DNA of 52,892 nucleotides from Sulfuricurvum sp. (GCA_028713245.1 JAQTOQ010000001.1:1-52892); one strand, 5' to 3'. Positions 18,719 through 28,835 are shown, counted from the stretch's first letter. Translations and numbers: made by a program. Notes: generated by a model from the letters alone, not told the origin.

Positions 18719-19417
18719 ATGAGTAGTGTTCATATAGATCGGTTGAGTGTTGCTCACGGAGAGTCGATGTTGGTGGATTGCAGCTTTGATATCCACCGTT
18801 CACTTGCCATGGTGGGGGAGAGTGGAAGTGGTAAATCATTGATTCTCAAAGCTCTTTTGGGCTTATGTGACCGTGTGTTGGATGTACAGCTGCAAAAGCG
18901 TTCACCGTTTGAGTGGATTAGGGGAAAAAGTGTTGCTTTGGTACCGCAAAATCCCTTTACAGCACTCTCCCCTCTAACGAGAATAGAGGATCAGATGTTC
19001 TTGGACCGTGTGCGTTCGAAAGAACTGTTTGAAATGCTGGGACTGGATCAGGCTTTGTTAAAGCGCTATCCTAATGAGCTTTCAGGGGGACAGTTGCAGC
19101 GGGTGGTTGTAGCAATGGCGCTTGGATCGGCTCCAAAGCTGTTATTGCTTGACGAACCGACAACAGCACTTGATCAAGACTCTCGAACCATGATGATCGA
19201 ACAGTTACTTTCTTTGCAGGAGATATTGGGATTTTCGCTTTTATTTGTGACTCATGATATGAGCGTTGCAGCGGCGTTGTGCGAAGATATTTGCGTTTTA
19301 AATAAGGGATGCATTGTCGAGGGCGGAAATTTGAATGAAGTGATAGAAAATCCAAAAATGCCTTATACGCGTCAATTAATAGAAGCTGATTTTAAAAACC
19401 GGGAATACAGAAAATGA
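18719..19417 (+). CDS. ABC transporter ATP-binding protein (DppD/OppD/NikD-like)
   Basis: GESGSGKS, YPNELSGGQLQR, LLDEPTTALD, VTHD, PYT. Confidence 0.88.
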   Translation: MSSVHIDRLSVAHGESMLVDCSFDIHRSLAMVGESGSGKSLILKALLGLCDRVLDVQLQKRSPFEWIRGKSVALVPQNPFTALSPLTRIEDQMFLDRVRSKELFEMLGLDQALLKRYPNELSGGQLQRVVVAMALGSAPKLLLLDEPTTALDQDSRTMMIEQLLSLQEILGFSLLFVTHDMSVAAALCEDICVLNKGCIVEGGNLNEVIENPKMPYTRQLIEADFKNREYRK

Positions 19418-21378
19418 ACAAAAATTTATGGATCGCACTGGGCTTGGTGATCATGATACCGTTGGGGTATTTAGGGTACATCATTTACAGTTTTGAGTAC
19501 GAAACCCAACGTCTTATCAATTATAAACCTCGACTCACTACAGAAGTATATGACCGAAACGGTGAAAAAATAGCAAATCTTTTTAGTGATGAACACCGTT
19601 ATTACGTGGCGATTGACAATATTCCTCCACGCCTAATCGAAGCATTGCTAGCGATCGAAGATACAAACTTTTTTGAGCATAATGGAGTAAATCCTGATGC
19701 AATTTTACGCGCTATTATTAAAGACGTGAGTGCCGGAAAGCTAAAAGAAGGAGCGAGCACGATTACACAACAGCTTGTAAAAAATGCCCTTTTAACACGC
19801 GAAAAGAAGTTTAGTCGTAAGTTTAAAGAGCTTTTGTATGCGATACGTATCGAGCAACAATTGACGAAAGAACAAATTTTAGAGCGTTATTTTAATGAAA
19901 TATATTTAGGACATGGCTATTATGGTATTAAAACCGCTGCGGACGGTTATTTTCATAAAGGGCTCAAAGAGTTAACACTCAAAGAGATGGCGATGCTTGT
20001 TGCGTTACCAAAAGGTCCTAATTTTTATGCACCTACTAAAAACTATGAGCTCAGCCTCGGACGTGCTAATCGTATTGTTGAGCGGATGTTAGAATTGGGA
20101 TGGATTGATCAAGATACCTATGATCATGCGACGCAGGAGCGCCCGAAAGTTTATAATGATACGTTGAGCAAAAATGCAGGACCGTATGTTATCGATGAAG
20201 TTATGCGTCAGCTTGGCGATGCATTTCCGGACATTCGAAGCGGTGGATACAAGATTTATACGACGATTGATATGCGCCTCCAAGAAGCAGGGTACAAAGC
20301 GTTGCAGTCAGGGCGTAATGAAATCATAGAACGTGCAAAAGAAGCAGGTCAGCTAGATAAAAACATCGAATCACAGCTTAATGGTGCGCTGATGAGCTTA
20401 GACCCTAGTACCGGTGAAATTTTGGCGATGGTAGGGGGATATGATTATTCTATCAGCCCTTATAACCGCGTTACGCAGGCAAAGCGTCAACCGGGCTCTT
20501 CCTTTAAACCGTTTATTTACCAAGTTGCACTTGATAGCGGTATGTCTCCGGCATCATTGATTCCCGATATTGCCCGTACATACACGTATGCGGGTGACGA
20601 TGGGGAAGAAAAAACTTGGAAACCGAAGAACTATAAAAACGAATACAAGGGGATGGTAACAATTCGCGATGCCCTCACTCACTCTCGTAACTTGGCAACG
20701 ATTAATATGGTAAGCGATATGGGATTTGGGAAAGTGGTTGATGGATTGCACCGTTTGGGCATTGTTGAAAATCTTCCACCAGATCTCTCTATTGCTTTGG
20801 GTACAATTTCAATTTCCCCACATGATATGGCCAAATATTATACTATTTTTCCAACGGGCGGGATTTTGACAAATCCTATATTGATACGTCAGGTCATCTC
20901 TCCCAAAGGGGAAACCTTTCGCTATGAGAACAAGCGCCGTCAGGTGGATACCAAAGAACAAACCTACCTAATGACCTCTATTTTACAAGATGTTGTCAGT
21001 TACGGTACGGGAAACTTTGCACGAGTTCCAGGGTTGGAAATTGCAGGAAAAACAGGAACCACGAATAAAAATGTGGACGCATGGTTTATCGGCTATTCGC
21101 CTACGGTAGAAACGGTTGTTTGGATGGGGCATGACAACAACACTCCGATGCGCCGTAGTGAGACGGGAGGGGTTGCAGCGGCTCCTGTTTTTCGCTATTA
21201 CTATCAGGATTTACTACGTATTTATCCTAATACAAAACGTTACTTTGACCGACCTTCAGGGGTTTATTCAGAGGGGCAAGGTGATGTGAATGCAACTGAA
21301 AACTTTACGGATATTTCACAAGCACCTGCTGCAACACAAGAGCAAGCACCTAAAACGGATGAGCAACTGGTATTTTGA
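19414..21378 (+). CDS. mrcA: Class A penicillin-binding protein 1A
   Basis: Transglycosylase EDTNFFEH, GASTITQQL, RKFKE; transpeptidase SSFK, SRN, KTG. Confidence 0.92.
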   Translation: MNKNLWIALGLVIMIPLGYLGYIIYSFEYETQRLINYKPRLTTEVYDRNGEKIANLFSDEHRYYVAIDNIPPRLIEALLAIEDTNFFEHNGVNPDAILRAIIKDVSAGKLKEGASTITQQLVKNALLTREKKFSRKFKELLYAIRIEQQLTKEQILERYFNEIYLGHGYYGIKTAADGYFHKGLKELTLKEMAMLVALPKGPNFYAPTKNYELSLGRANRIVERMLELGWIDQDTYDHATQERPKVYNDTLSKNAGPYVIDEVMRQLGDAFPDIRSGGYKIYTTIDMRLQEAGYKALQSGRNEIIERAKEAGQLDKNIESQLNGALMSLDPSTGEILAMVGGYDYSISPYNRVTQAKRQPGSSFKPFIYQVALDSGMSPASLIPDIARTYTYAGDDGEEKTWKPKNYKNEYKGMVTIRDALTHSRNLATINMVSDMGFGKVVDGLHRLGIVENLPPDLSIALGTISISPHDMAKYYTIFPTGGILTNPILIRQVISPKGETFRYENKRRQVDTKEQTYLMTSILQDVVSYGTGNFARVPGLEIAGKTGTTNKNVDAWFIGYSPTVETVVWMGHDNNTPMRRSETGGVAAAPVFRYYYQDLLRIYPNTKRYFDRPSGVYSEGQGDVNATENFTDISQAPAATQEQAPKTDEQLVF

Positions 21379-21403
21379 TAACTACGCAGTCCACTTTTTC
21401 TTC

Positions 21404-21430
21404 GTCATACCGTACTTGATACGGTATGAC
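21404..21430. repeat. REP-like element, copy 2 (collapsed single hairpin, 27 bp)
   Basis: GTCATACCGTA-CTTGA-TACGGTATGAC; first 24 nt identical to copy 1; lies between convergent PBP1A and dedA genes. Confidence 0.85.
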
Positions 21431-21437
21431 AAGATGG

Positions 21438-21998
21438 CTACTTTTTCTTTGTAGCTTGCGTTAGGTAAAACCAGACGCTTCCGCCCACGACAATGAGCGA
21501 GATTGGAGCGAGATAAGGCTTGTCGGCAACTATCTTATACCCTTCTATTAACGCACCGCCAAACAAATAGCTTCCCCCTCCAACAACGACTGTCCAAATA
21601 AGTGCTCCCAGTGCGTTGTAGGTAGTAAATTTCCAAAAACTGTATTTACTCAGACCAATGGCGAGTGGAACAAGTGTTTTGAGCCCATAGATGAATTTTT
21701 TCATCACGATGATCCATGACCCATGACGCTTCATCAGCAGATGAGAAAAGGCGAGCTTACGCTTATGTTTGGCGAGGTATTCCATCATCTCACTTTTATG
21801 ATAACGAGACATGTAAAACAGCAGACTGTCCCCGAGTACATTGGCAAAAAAGGCAATGCTCATAGAGAGCCCCAAATCCATTTTTCCCATAAAACTCAGC
21901 ACACCTGCTCCTAAAAGCGCGAGTAATCCACCACCCAGCGAGTAGAGAAAAAGAACCAAATAGCCATAAGTGGCCAGATTTTTGAGCATATCATCCAT
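21438..21998 (-). CDS. DedA-family membrane protein
   Basis: LGDSLLFY, KFIYGLKT, F...NALGALIW pattern. Confidence 0.88.
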   Translation of the reverse strand: MDDMLKNLATYGYLVLFLYSLGGGLLALLGAGVLSFMGKMDLGLSMSIAFFANVLGDSLLFYMSRYHKSEMMEYLAKHKRKLAFSHLLMKRHGSWIIVMKKFIYGLKTLVPLAIGLSKYSFWKFTTYNALGALIWTVVVGGGSYLFGGALIEGYKIVADKPYLAPISLIVVGGSVWFYLTQATKKK

Positions 21999-22000
21999 AA

Positions 22001-23974
22001 TTATAATTTCCTTATTTTTGCTATTTCATCACGCAGGCGTGCGGCTTCTTCAAACTCGAGTTTTTTGGAGGCTTCTTTCATCTTGAGAGTGAGTTCATCG
22101 ACCAATTTTTTACGTTCGGCGGCAGGGAGCGTTTTTGCCTTTTTTGAGCGATTATAAAGATCGCCCACATCTTCGAGTTTGAGATTGGTATCCAGCGAGC
22201 GTATGGTCGTTATGGGCGTGATACCGTTTGCCGCATTATGGGCTTCTTGGATGGCGCGTCGATCGTTGGTTTTTTTGATGGCACGTTCCATGGAGCCCGT
22301 TATTTTATTGGCATAGAGGATGACTCTTCCTCGAGAATTACGTGCCGCACGTCCTATGGTTTGTATCAAAGAAGTTTCAGAACGCAAGAAGCCCTCTTTG
22401 TCCGCATCCAAAATAGCAACGAGACTCACTTCAGGCAGGTCCAATCCCTCACGCAGAAGATTAATCCCAATAAGAACATCAAAATCCCCTACGCGAAGTC
22501 CGCGTATGATTTGATTGCGCTCTATGGTATCGATTTCAGAGTGCATGTATTGTACTTTGATTCCCAAATCGGCGAGATACTTTGTGAGGGCTTCTGCCAT
22601 TTTTTTGGTCAAAACGGTGAGTAATACACGATCACCCAAGGCGACTGTTTTTATAATCTCATCATGAATATCTTCTACTTGATTAGTAGAGGGTTTTATA
22701 GTGATGGGTGGATCGAGTAATCCTGTTGGACGGATGACCTGTTGTGCTACGGTGGTACTTAGCTCCAATTCTTGTAGTGCAGGCGTTGCTGAGACGAAGA
22801 GATAGTGAGGTGCTTTGGCCAGATACTCATCGATCATCAAAGGGCGGTTGTCCAGTGCGCTAGGGAGCCTGAATCCGTAGTCTACGAGTACTTCTTTACG
22901 GCTTCGGTCAGCAGCATACATCCCGCGAAATTGCGGCAGGCTCACATGCGATTCATCGACGATAATAAGGAACTTGTCATGATGTAACGTGAAATAATCG
23001 AGTAGGGTGTATGGTGCTTCCCCTGGAAGTTTATCAGTCAATAGGCGCGAATAGTTTTCAATCCCCTTGCACATCCCCGTTGCTTGGAGCATTTCGAGGT
23101 CAAACTCACACCGTTGTCGTAGGCGCTGCGCTTCGACTGTTTTTCCCTGTTTTTCGAGCTCTTGGAGGCGCTCACCCAGCTCATCTTCGATACGTTTGAT
23201 AGCACGGGAGAGCTTCTCTTGACCCACAGCGAACTGGCTCGTGGCATAGATGGTAACAGTGTCATGTTTTTCGGTCATGGCGTTGCTAAGCGGTTCAAAA
23301 TAGATGATCCGCTCGACTTCATCCCCATCAAATTCAACCCGTATCGCTTGGTCTTGCCAATAGGGAGGATAGATATCAATCACCTCACCATTCACCCGCA
23401 TATTTCCGCCATCAAAATAGGAATCGTTACGTGTATATCCCATCTCTACGAGACGTAAAAGGAGCTGCTTTTGATTGATCTCATCACCGATAGCGATAAC
23501 CTGCACCATCTTTTCATACTCTTCAGGATCTCCCAATCCATAGTTAGCAGAGACGGAAGCCACGACAATAACATCATCATAGCTTAGGAGATTGGCAGAG
23601 GCGGAGAGACGTAAACGCTCCAGCTCTTCATTGATTGAACTGTCTTTTTCGATGAAAAGATCTTGACGCGGAATGTACGCCTCGGGCTGATAATAATCAT
23701 AGTATGAAACAAAATACTCAACATGGTTTTGTGGAAAGAAACTTCGAAACTCACTGTACAGCTGTGCTGCAAGCGTTTTGTTATGGGTCATGATGATCGT
23801 CGGCAGCTGTACGCTCTCGATAACCTTGGCCATAGTATACGTTTTACCGCTGCCCGTGACCCCTTCAAGGGCTACAAAACGTTCACCATGCTTGATAGCA
23901 GAGGATAGTGCATCAATAGCAACGGGCTGATCACCGGCTGGTTGATACGGGGTATGGACTTTAAAAATTGGCAA
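22001..23974 (-). CDS. uvrB: Excinuclease ABC subunit B
   Basis: [18 protein letters not shown] beta-hairpin, [27 protein letters not shown]-terminal UVR domain; TTG start. Confidence 0.98.
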   Translation of the reverse strand: MPIFKVHTPYQPAGDQPVAIDALSSAIKHGERFVALEGVTGSGKTYTMAKVIESVQLPTIIMTHNKTLAAQLYSEFRSFFPQNHVEYFVSYYDYYQPEAYIPRQDLFIEKDSSINEELERLRLSASANLLSYDDVIVVASVSANYGLGDPEEYEKMVQVIAIGDEINQKQLLLRLVEMGYTRNDSYFDGGNMRVNGEVIDIYPPYWQDQAIRVEFDGDEVERIIYFEPLSNAMTEKHDTVTIYATSQFAVGQEKLSRAIKRIEDELGERLQELEKQGKTVEAQRLRQRCEFDLEMLQATGMCKGIENYSRLLTDKLPGEAPYTLLDYFTLHHDKFLIIVDESHVSLPQFRGMYAADRSRKEVLVDYGFRLPSALDNRPLMIDEYLAKAPHYLFVSATPALQELELSTTVAQQVIRPTGLLDPPITIKPSTNQVEDIHDEIIKTVALGDRVLLTVLTKKMAEALTKYLADLGIKVQYMHSEIDTIERNQIIRGLRVGDFDVLIGINLLREGLDLPEVSLVAILDADKEGFLRSETSLIQTIGRAARNSRGRVILYANKITGSMERAIKKTNDRRAIQEAHNAANGITPITTIRSLDTNLKLEDVGDLYNRSKKAKTLPAAERKKLVDELTLKMKEASKKLEFEEAARLRDEIAKIRKL

Positions 23975-24051
23975 TATATGACCCTGAGATAAAATGGTTT
24001 AAATATGTCGAATTATAGCGCAATTGCTGTTTTCTAAAGAGGATGACTGCT

Positions 24052-24093
24052 TATAGGCTGCTTGGTTAAGGTGAGTTTTCGAATGAGGTTTGT
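24052..24093. repeat. 42-bp direct repeat, copy A
   Basis: TATAGGCTGCTTGGTTAAGGTGAGTTTTCGAATGAGGTTTGT; 41/42 identical to 25969-26010. Confidence 0.9.
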
Positions 24094-24131
24094 TTGGAAA
24101 TGTATTTTATTATAAGATGTGGTGGGATAGC

Positions 24132-25811
24132 TCATGTGAACAAGCTACACCGAAACCATCCCACGACTTGATTTCGACCGCCAGATTTTGCACGATACAG
24201 TGCTTGGTCTGCTCTTTCTATAAAAGAATCTTCGTTTTCTTCTACTAAAAATTCGGAAACTCCGAATGAAGCAGTTTTTTTCTCAACAACAGAAAAGGAG
24301 TAATTTTCAATGGCAGTGCGAATTTTTTCTGCTGTTATCATCGCACCAGCAAGATTTGTATTTGGTAGTACAATCAAGAATTCTTCTCCCCCCCATCTGC
24401 CAATGGTGTCTGATTCTCGTTTACAGGATAGAAGCGTATTCGCGACCTCTTTGAGTACCATATCTCCAACTTGATGGCCGTACGTATCATTGACACTTTT
24501 AAAGTGGTCGATATCAATGATAATGAGGGATAACGCAGTACTATAGCGTTTTGACTTGATGATCTCATATTCCAGCACTTCATCAAGTTTTAGTCGATTG
24601 TAAAGACCCGTTAGACGATCCGTTATTGCTAATTCTTCGGCACGTTTTTTACTGGTGATATTTTGACGTATTGCGGTGTAGCCTCTTTTACTCCCATTAT
24701 CATCAAAATCAGGAGAAATTACAGCGTAGACCCAATAGATTGATCCATCCTTTGCTTTGTTTTTAATTTCACCTTGCCATGTTTGGTTGTGGGTTAGGGT
24801 ATTCCATAACTCTTTATAGGTTTCTGCCGGCATATCGGGGTGGCGAATAATGCGGTGATTTTTTCCAATTAGTTCCGATTTTTCATACTTACTGATACGG
24901 CAAAATGCATTTGACGCATAAGTAATATTTCCCTTAAGATCGGTAGAGGAGGTGATGACGGATTCATCTATAAGGCTAACATAATCATTCAATTGTTTTT
25001 CTACCCGTTTTGATTCCGTTACATCTTGTACCGTTCCTTGTGAAAACAGCGCAGTACCATCTTCATGATAGGTAGTTTTCCCTCGTTCCGTGACGTATTT
25101 AACTCTTCCATCCATCATTAGAAGGCGATGGGTAATAATGTACTGTGTCTTGTTTGCTACAGAATCGGAAAACGCTTTTTGAACCATTTCGACATCTTCA
25201 GGATGAATGGCGTTTAAAAATCCTTCGTAACTGGGTTCAAACTGACTTTGATCGATTTCAAATATTCGAAAAATTTCGTCACTCCATTCCAATCTGTTTT
25301 CTACTATATCCAAACCCCAGCTTCCGATTGCGGAGAGATGCTGCGCTTCATCAAGCAACTGCTTAGAGCGGATCAATTTTTGCTGATCCTCTTTTATCTT
25401 GCTAAGATCTTTCGCAATGCCTACATAACCAGTGATGCTCCCCTCATTATCGCGCAGTGCGCTAACAGATAGCGAAACAGGAACATGCTTGCCATCCTTA
25501 CGAACGTACGTCCATTCAAATTCGTTAGGGAGGTTGTGTTGACTTCTGATGGTGAAAGTATCGAAACCAGGCTCAATAGAAATACCAAGCTCGTTTGAAA
25601 ATTGGAAGGTCCGTTCTGCTATTTCCGGAGCATAATGAAAAATGGCCGGAGTTTGTTTCCCTATCATCTCGGAAGCTTTATATCCTGTAAGATTTTCTGC
25701 TTCTCGACTAAATTTGGTGATGATCCCCTCGGGCGTTGTTGTGGTAACTGAAAAAGGGATATTCTGTAAAATTATCGCTAATAAGGAATCATCAACTTCA
25801 GAAACTTTCAT
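24132..25811 (-). CDS. Cytoplasmic PAS-PAS-PAS diguanylate cyclase
   Basis: Three PAS/PAC blocks (third Aer-like: NHRIIRHPDMP...W), TDRLTGLYNR, DIDHFKSVNDTYGH, RESD I-site, GGEEF. Confidence 0.93.
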   Translation of the reverse strand: MKVSEVDDSLLAIILQNIPFSVTTTTPEGIITKFSREAENLTGYKASEMIGKQTPAIFHYAPEIAERTFQFSNELGISIEPGFDTFTIRSQHNLPNEFEWTYVRKDGKHVPVSLSVSALRDNEGSITGYVGIAKDLSKIKEDQQKLIRSKQLLDEAQHLSAIGSWGLDIVENRLEWSDEIFRIFEIDQSQFEPSYEGFLNAIHPEDVEMVQKAFSDSVANKTQYIITHRLLMMDGRVKYVTERGKTTYHEDGTALFSQGTVQDVTESKRVEKQLNDYVSLIDESVITSSTDLKGNITYASNAFCRISKYEKSELIGKNHRIIRHPDMPAETYKELWNTLTHNQTWQGEIKNKAKDGSIYWVYAVISPDFDDNGSKRGYTAIRQNITSKKRAEELAITDRLTGLYNRLKLDEVLEYEIIKSKRYSTALSLIIIDIDHFKSVNDTYGHQVGDMVLKEVANTLLSCKRESDTIGRWGGEEFLIVLPNTNLAGAMITAEKIRTAIENYSFSVVEKKTASFGVSEFLVEENEDSFIERADQALYRAKSGGRNQVVGWFRCSLFT

Positions 25812-25882
25812 AATAAGATTACCTCAATATTATAATATTTGAATAAAGTATATCTAAAATCTGGCATGTATAGAAATTTTTA

Positions 25883-25962
25883 TTATGGGTCATGATAATG
25901 GTAGGCAGCTGAACGTTCTCGATAACCTTCGCCATAGCGTACGTTTTACTGCTATCCGTTAC
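25883..25962 (-). pseudogene. uvrB: Decayed duplicate of uvrB codons 39-65
   Basis: 68/80 nt identical to 23781-23860; translates [27 protein letters not shown] versus [27 protein letters not shown]. Confidence 0.9.
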
Positions 25963-25968
25963 GCTACC

Positions 25969-26010
25969 TATAGGCTGCTTGGCTAAGGTGAGTTTTCGAA
26001 TGAGGTTTGT
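25969..26010. repeat. 42-bp direct repeat, copy B
   Basis: TATAGGCTGCTTGGCTAAGGTGAGTTTTCGAATGAGGTTTGT, 6 bp from the uvrB remnant. Confidence 0.9.
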
Positions 26011-26082
26011 GGAAAAAGTAATTTTTGTTGAAACTGGATTCTTTAATGCGTTGCTTATTGCAACTTAGATAAAATCACGATT

Positions 26083-26922
26083 ATGCATACAAAGTTCCTT
26101 TTTCTTTTTTTACTTTTGAGTCAGACACTCACTTTTGCACAATCCGATTCGAATAACAAGATTCGAGGTAATTCATGGTTTCTTGATGCCAACATGACTC
26201 TATTTTTAGGACAATGGGGTACGAATACCGTAACACCAGTTCAACAGGGAATTTATAGGAATGTGATCACTAATGGTGATACTGCTGTCAAAAACATCAG
26301 TCTTACTTTTGATGATGCCCCTGATGAGATCAATACGGGCAAGCTCATCGATATTCTCAAGGAGAATGATATAAAAGCTTCTTTTTTTATGATCGGAGAA
26401 AACATTAAAGATGGTAATATCGCTATTGTTAAACGTACCTACGATGAAGGGAATCTCGTCTTAAGCCATAGCTTTGACCATCCACGTATGACTGATCTCA
26501 ATGCCAGCAGTATGGATTCGCAGCTAAATCATGCTGCTGAGCGGATTGAAGCGATCACTGGAAGTTATCCGATGCTGTTTCGCCCCCCATACGGTTCGAT
26601 AAATCCTCTCGTTGTTGATACAACCAATGAGCACAAGATGACCACCGTATTGTGGTCGCTAGATTCACTTGACTGGACGCTCAAAGATCCTGATGCCATC
26701 ACCCACCTTGTCACCACCAATATTCATAAGGGTGATATCATTTTGATGCACTGTAATCAGGCCACTGTTGCATCTTTGCCAAAAATCATAAAAATACTGA
26801 AAGAACAAGGATATACTTTTGTAAAACTTGATGATATGCTTGGGGTTAAAGCATACCGCCAACAATCCTCTGCTTCAGCTCTTTGGGGCTGCTCATGGAT
26901 TCAGAAGCTTTTGGGAAGGTAG
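26083..26922 (+). CDS. Exported polysaccharide deacetylase (CE4/NodB)
   Basis: Signal peptide; LTFDD, HSFDH, FRPPYG, DSLDW, ILMH motifs. Confidence 0.9.
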   Translation: MHTKFLFLFLLLSQTLTFAQSDSNNKIRGNSWFLDANMTLFLGQWGTNTVTPVQQGIYRNVITNGDTAVKNISLTFDDAPDEINTGKLIDILKENDIKASFFMIGENIKDGNIAIVKRTYDEGNLVLSHSFDHPRMTDLNASSMDSQLNHAAERIEAITGSYPMLFRPPYGSINPLVVDTTNEHKMTTVLWSLDSLDWTLKDPDAITHLVTTNIHKGDIILMHCNQATVASLPKIIKILKEQGYTFVKLDDMLGVKAYRQQSSASALWGCSWIQKLLGR

Positions 26923-26926
26923 CGTG

Positions 26927-27352
26927 ATGCAAAAAATACTATTAAGTTTCTACCTCATTGCCGTCTTAGCCAATGCTGAAATGATGAGAATTGATAATAA
27001 AGAAGTAGTAGTTGATACTAAAACTATATTGATGTGGCAAGATAACAGCGATACTGATAGAGTAAAAAAGGATTGGAAAGGAGCGATAGATTACTGTCAA
27101 AATCTTATCTTTGCGGGATACAGTGATTGGCGACTTCCTATTATGGATGAATTTTTTTCTATTCGAGATGAAGCACGAAAAAAGGTCGCAATAAATAACA
27201 GTTTTAAAAATGTCGCAGGCGATAATTATTGGTCGTCAAGTGATATTTATAGCGGTGGGTATGCATGGAATATGAACTTTGAGAATGGTGACGATGCTGC
27301 CAATCTTAAAAATTCTAACTTTTATGTGCGTTGTGTTCGTGACAATCAATAA
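26927..27352 (+). CDS. Exported DUF1566 (Lcl C-terminal, CLec-like) domain protein
   Basis: Start at ATG 26927 (MQKILL signal peptide); VVDTKTILMWQ, W..AIDYC, GYSDWRLP, YWSS, AW, YVRCVR. Confidence 0.85.
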   Translation: MQKILLSFYLIAVLANAEMMRIDNKEVVVDTKTILMWQDNSDTDRVKKDWKGAIDYCQNLIFAGYSDWRLPIMDEFFSIRDEARKKVAINNSFKNVAGDNYWSSSDIYSGGYAWNMNFENGDDAANLKNSNFYVRCVRDNQ

Positions 27353-27396
27353 TTGTATTACTGCCCTTATGAAAATAACATAAGAAGTTGAAGTAA

Positions 27397-28827
27397 ATGC
27401 TTTTTAATAGCTACGAATTCATCTTTTTCTTTTTACCAAGCACATTCGGTATTTATTTTTGGCTTAACAAAAAGCGTCTGACGTCAGCATCAAAAGCATG
27501 GATGGTATTTGCCTCATTGTTTTTTTATTCGTGGTGGAATATCATTTATCTCCCGATTATTTTGGGATCGATCCTCTTTAACTTTACGATAGGTTCTAGT
27601 ATTACTCATATCAATAATACGCACCGCTCAAAGAAGAGATTTTCTTCTGGAACAGTATTAACGTTTGGTGTCATTGCTAATGTTCTTTTGCTTATTTATT
27701 TCAAGTACATGGATTTTTTCATTACCAATGCAAATGTTATTGCAGGTACTCACGTGGATTTGATGCATATAGTTCTTCCTTTGGGTATTAGCTTCTTTAC
27801 CTTTACTCAGATTGCTTATCTGGTCGATGCGTATCGTAATGAAGTCAAAGAAATGGATTATCTCAACTATACACTTTTTGTTACGTTCTTTCCTCATTTA
27901 CTCGCTGGACCTATTTTGCATCATAAAGAGATGATGCCACAGTTTGATGATGTCCGAAACAAAGTATTCAATACTAAAAATATCGCCGCTGGGCTGTATT
28001 TGTTTGCTATAGGCCTCTTTAAAAAAGTGGTTATTGCCGATACTTTTGTCATCTGGGTATCCTACGGATATGGTAATGCAGACTCTTTGACATTGATCAC
28101 TGCTTGGGCTACATCACTCTCTTATACGTTTCAGCTCTATTTTGATTTTAGCGGTTATACCGATATGGCGCTAGCGGTTGCATTGCTCTTTAATATTAAG
28201 CTTCCAACCAATTTTAACAGTCCATATAAAGCCTTAAATATCCAAGATTTTTGGAGACGCTGGCATATGACATTGTCGCGTTTTCTACGTGATTATATCT
28301 ATGTTCCTCTTGGGGGTAACCGAAATGGAGAGTTGCGTACCTATTCCAATCTCTTTACCGTTTTTTTGGTGGGTGGGCTATGGCATGGCGCATCATGGAT
28401 GTTTGTTGTTTGGGGGGCATTGCATGGTATAGCCATTGTGCTTCATCGACTATGGCAGCAGATAGGGCTTAAAATGAATGCTCTTTTGGCATGGTTTATC
28501 ACTTTTAACTTTATCAATATTAGTTGGATTTTTTTTAGGGCAAAGGAGTGGAATGATGCGGTTAAAGTGCTGTACGGTATGTTCGGATTGAATGGGATGG
28601 AAGATTTCTCTGAATTGTTGGATTTTGGCGGATTGTCTACAATGAGTTTGTTCACTATGGCAATCGTTTTTTTCATAGGTTTCAGCTCTTTTTTCACCAA
28701 AAATTCCAATCAAATGGTGAATTCTTTGCGTTTAACAAACGCAAGTATATTATTCGGAGTCTTTTTGATGTGTGTTGGAATATTGCATCTGAATAAGATT
28801 TCTACTTTTCTCTATTTTAACTTTTAG
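27397..28827 (+). CDS. MBOAT O-acyltransferase (AlgI/PatA/DltB family)
   Basis: MLFNSYEF, PLGISFFTF, FFPHLLAGPI, YFDFSGYTDMA, NFNSPY, FWRRWHMTLS, GLWHGA. Confidence 0.93.
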   Translation: MLFNSYEFIFFFLPSTFGIYFWLNKKRLTSASKAWMVFASLFFYSWWNIIYLPIILGSILFNFTIGSSITHINNTHRSKKRFSSGTVLTFGVIANVLLLIYFKYMDFFITNANVIAGTHVDLMHIVLPLGISFFTFTQIAYLVDAYRNEVKEMDYLNYTLFVTFFPHLLAGPILHHKEMMPQFDDVRNKVFNTKNIAAGLYLFAIGLFKKVVIADTFVIWVSYGYGNADSLTLITAWATSLSYTFQLYFDFSGYTDMALAVALLFNIKLPTNFNSPYKALNIQDFWRRWHMTLSRFLRDYIYVPLGGNRNGELRTYSNLFTVFLVGGLWHGASWMFVVWGALHGIAIVLHRLWQQIGLKMNALLAWFITFNFINISWIFFRAKEWNDAVKVLYGMFGLNGMEDFSELLDFGGLSTMSLFTMAIVFFIGFSSFFTKNSNQMVNSLRLTNASILFGVFLMCVGILHLNKISTFLYFNF

Positions 28828-28835
28828 GCTGATCC

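Noticed and set aside
24052-24093. Minus strand of the 42-bp repeat (CAAACCTCATTCGAAAACTCACC) resembles the start of a c-di-GMP-I riboswitch, tempting beside a diguanylate cyclase
   Set aside because: The bases flanking GAAA do not pair into the P2 stem, and the downstream GCAAAGC/P3 elements are missing.
26050-26064. GTTGC-N5-GCAAC palindrome upstream of the deacetylase
   Set aside because: Single short occurrence that cannot be assigned to a regulator from sequence alone.
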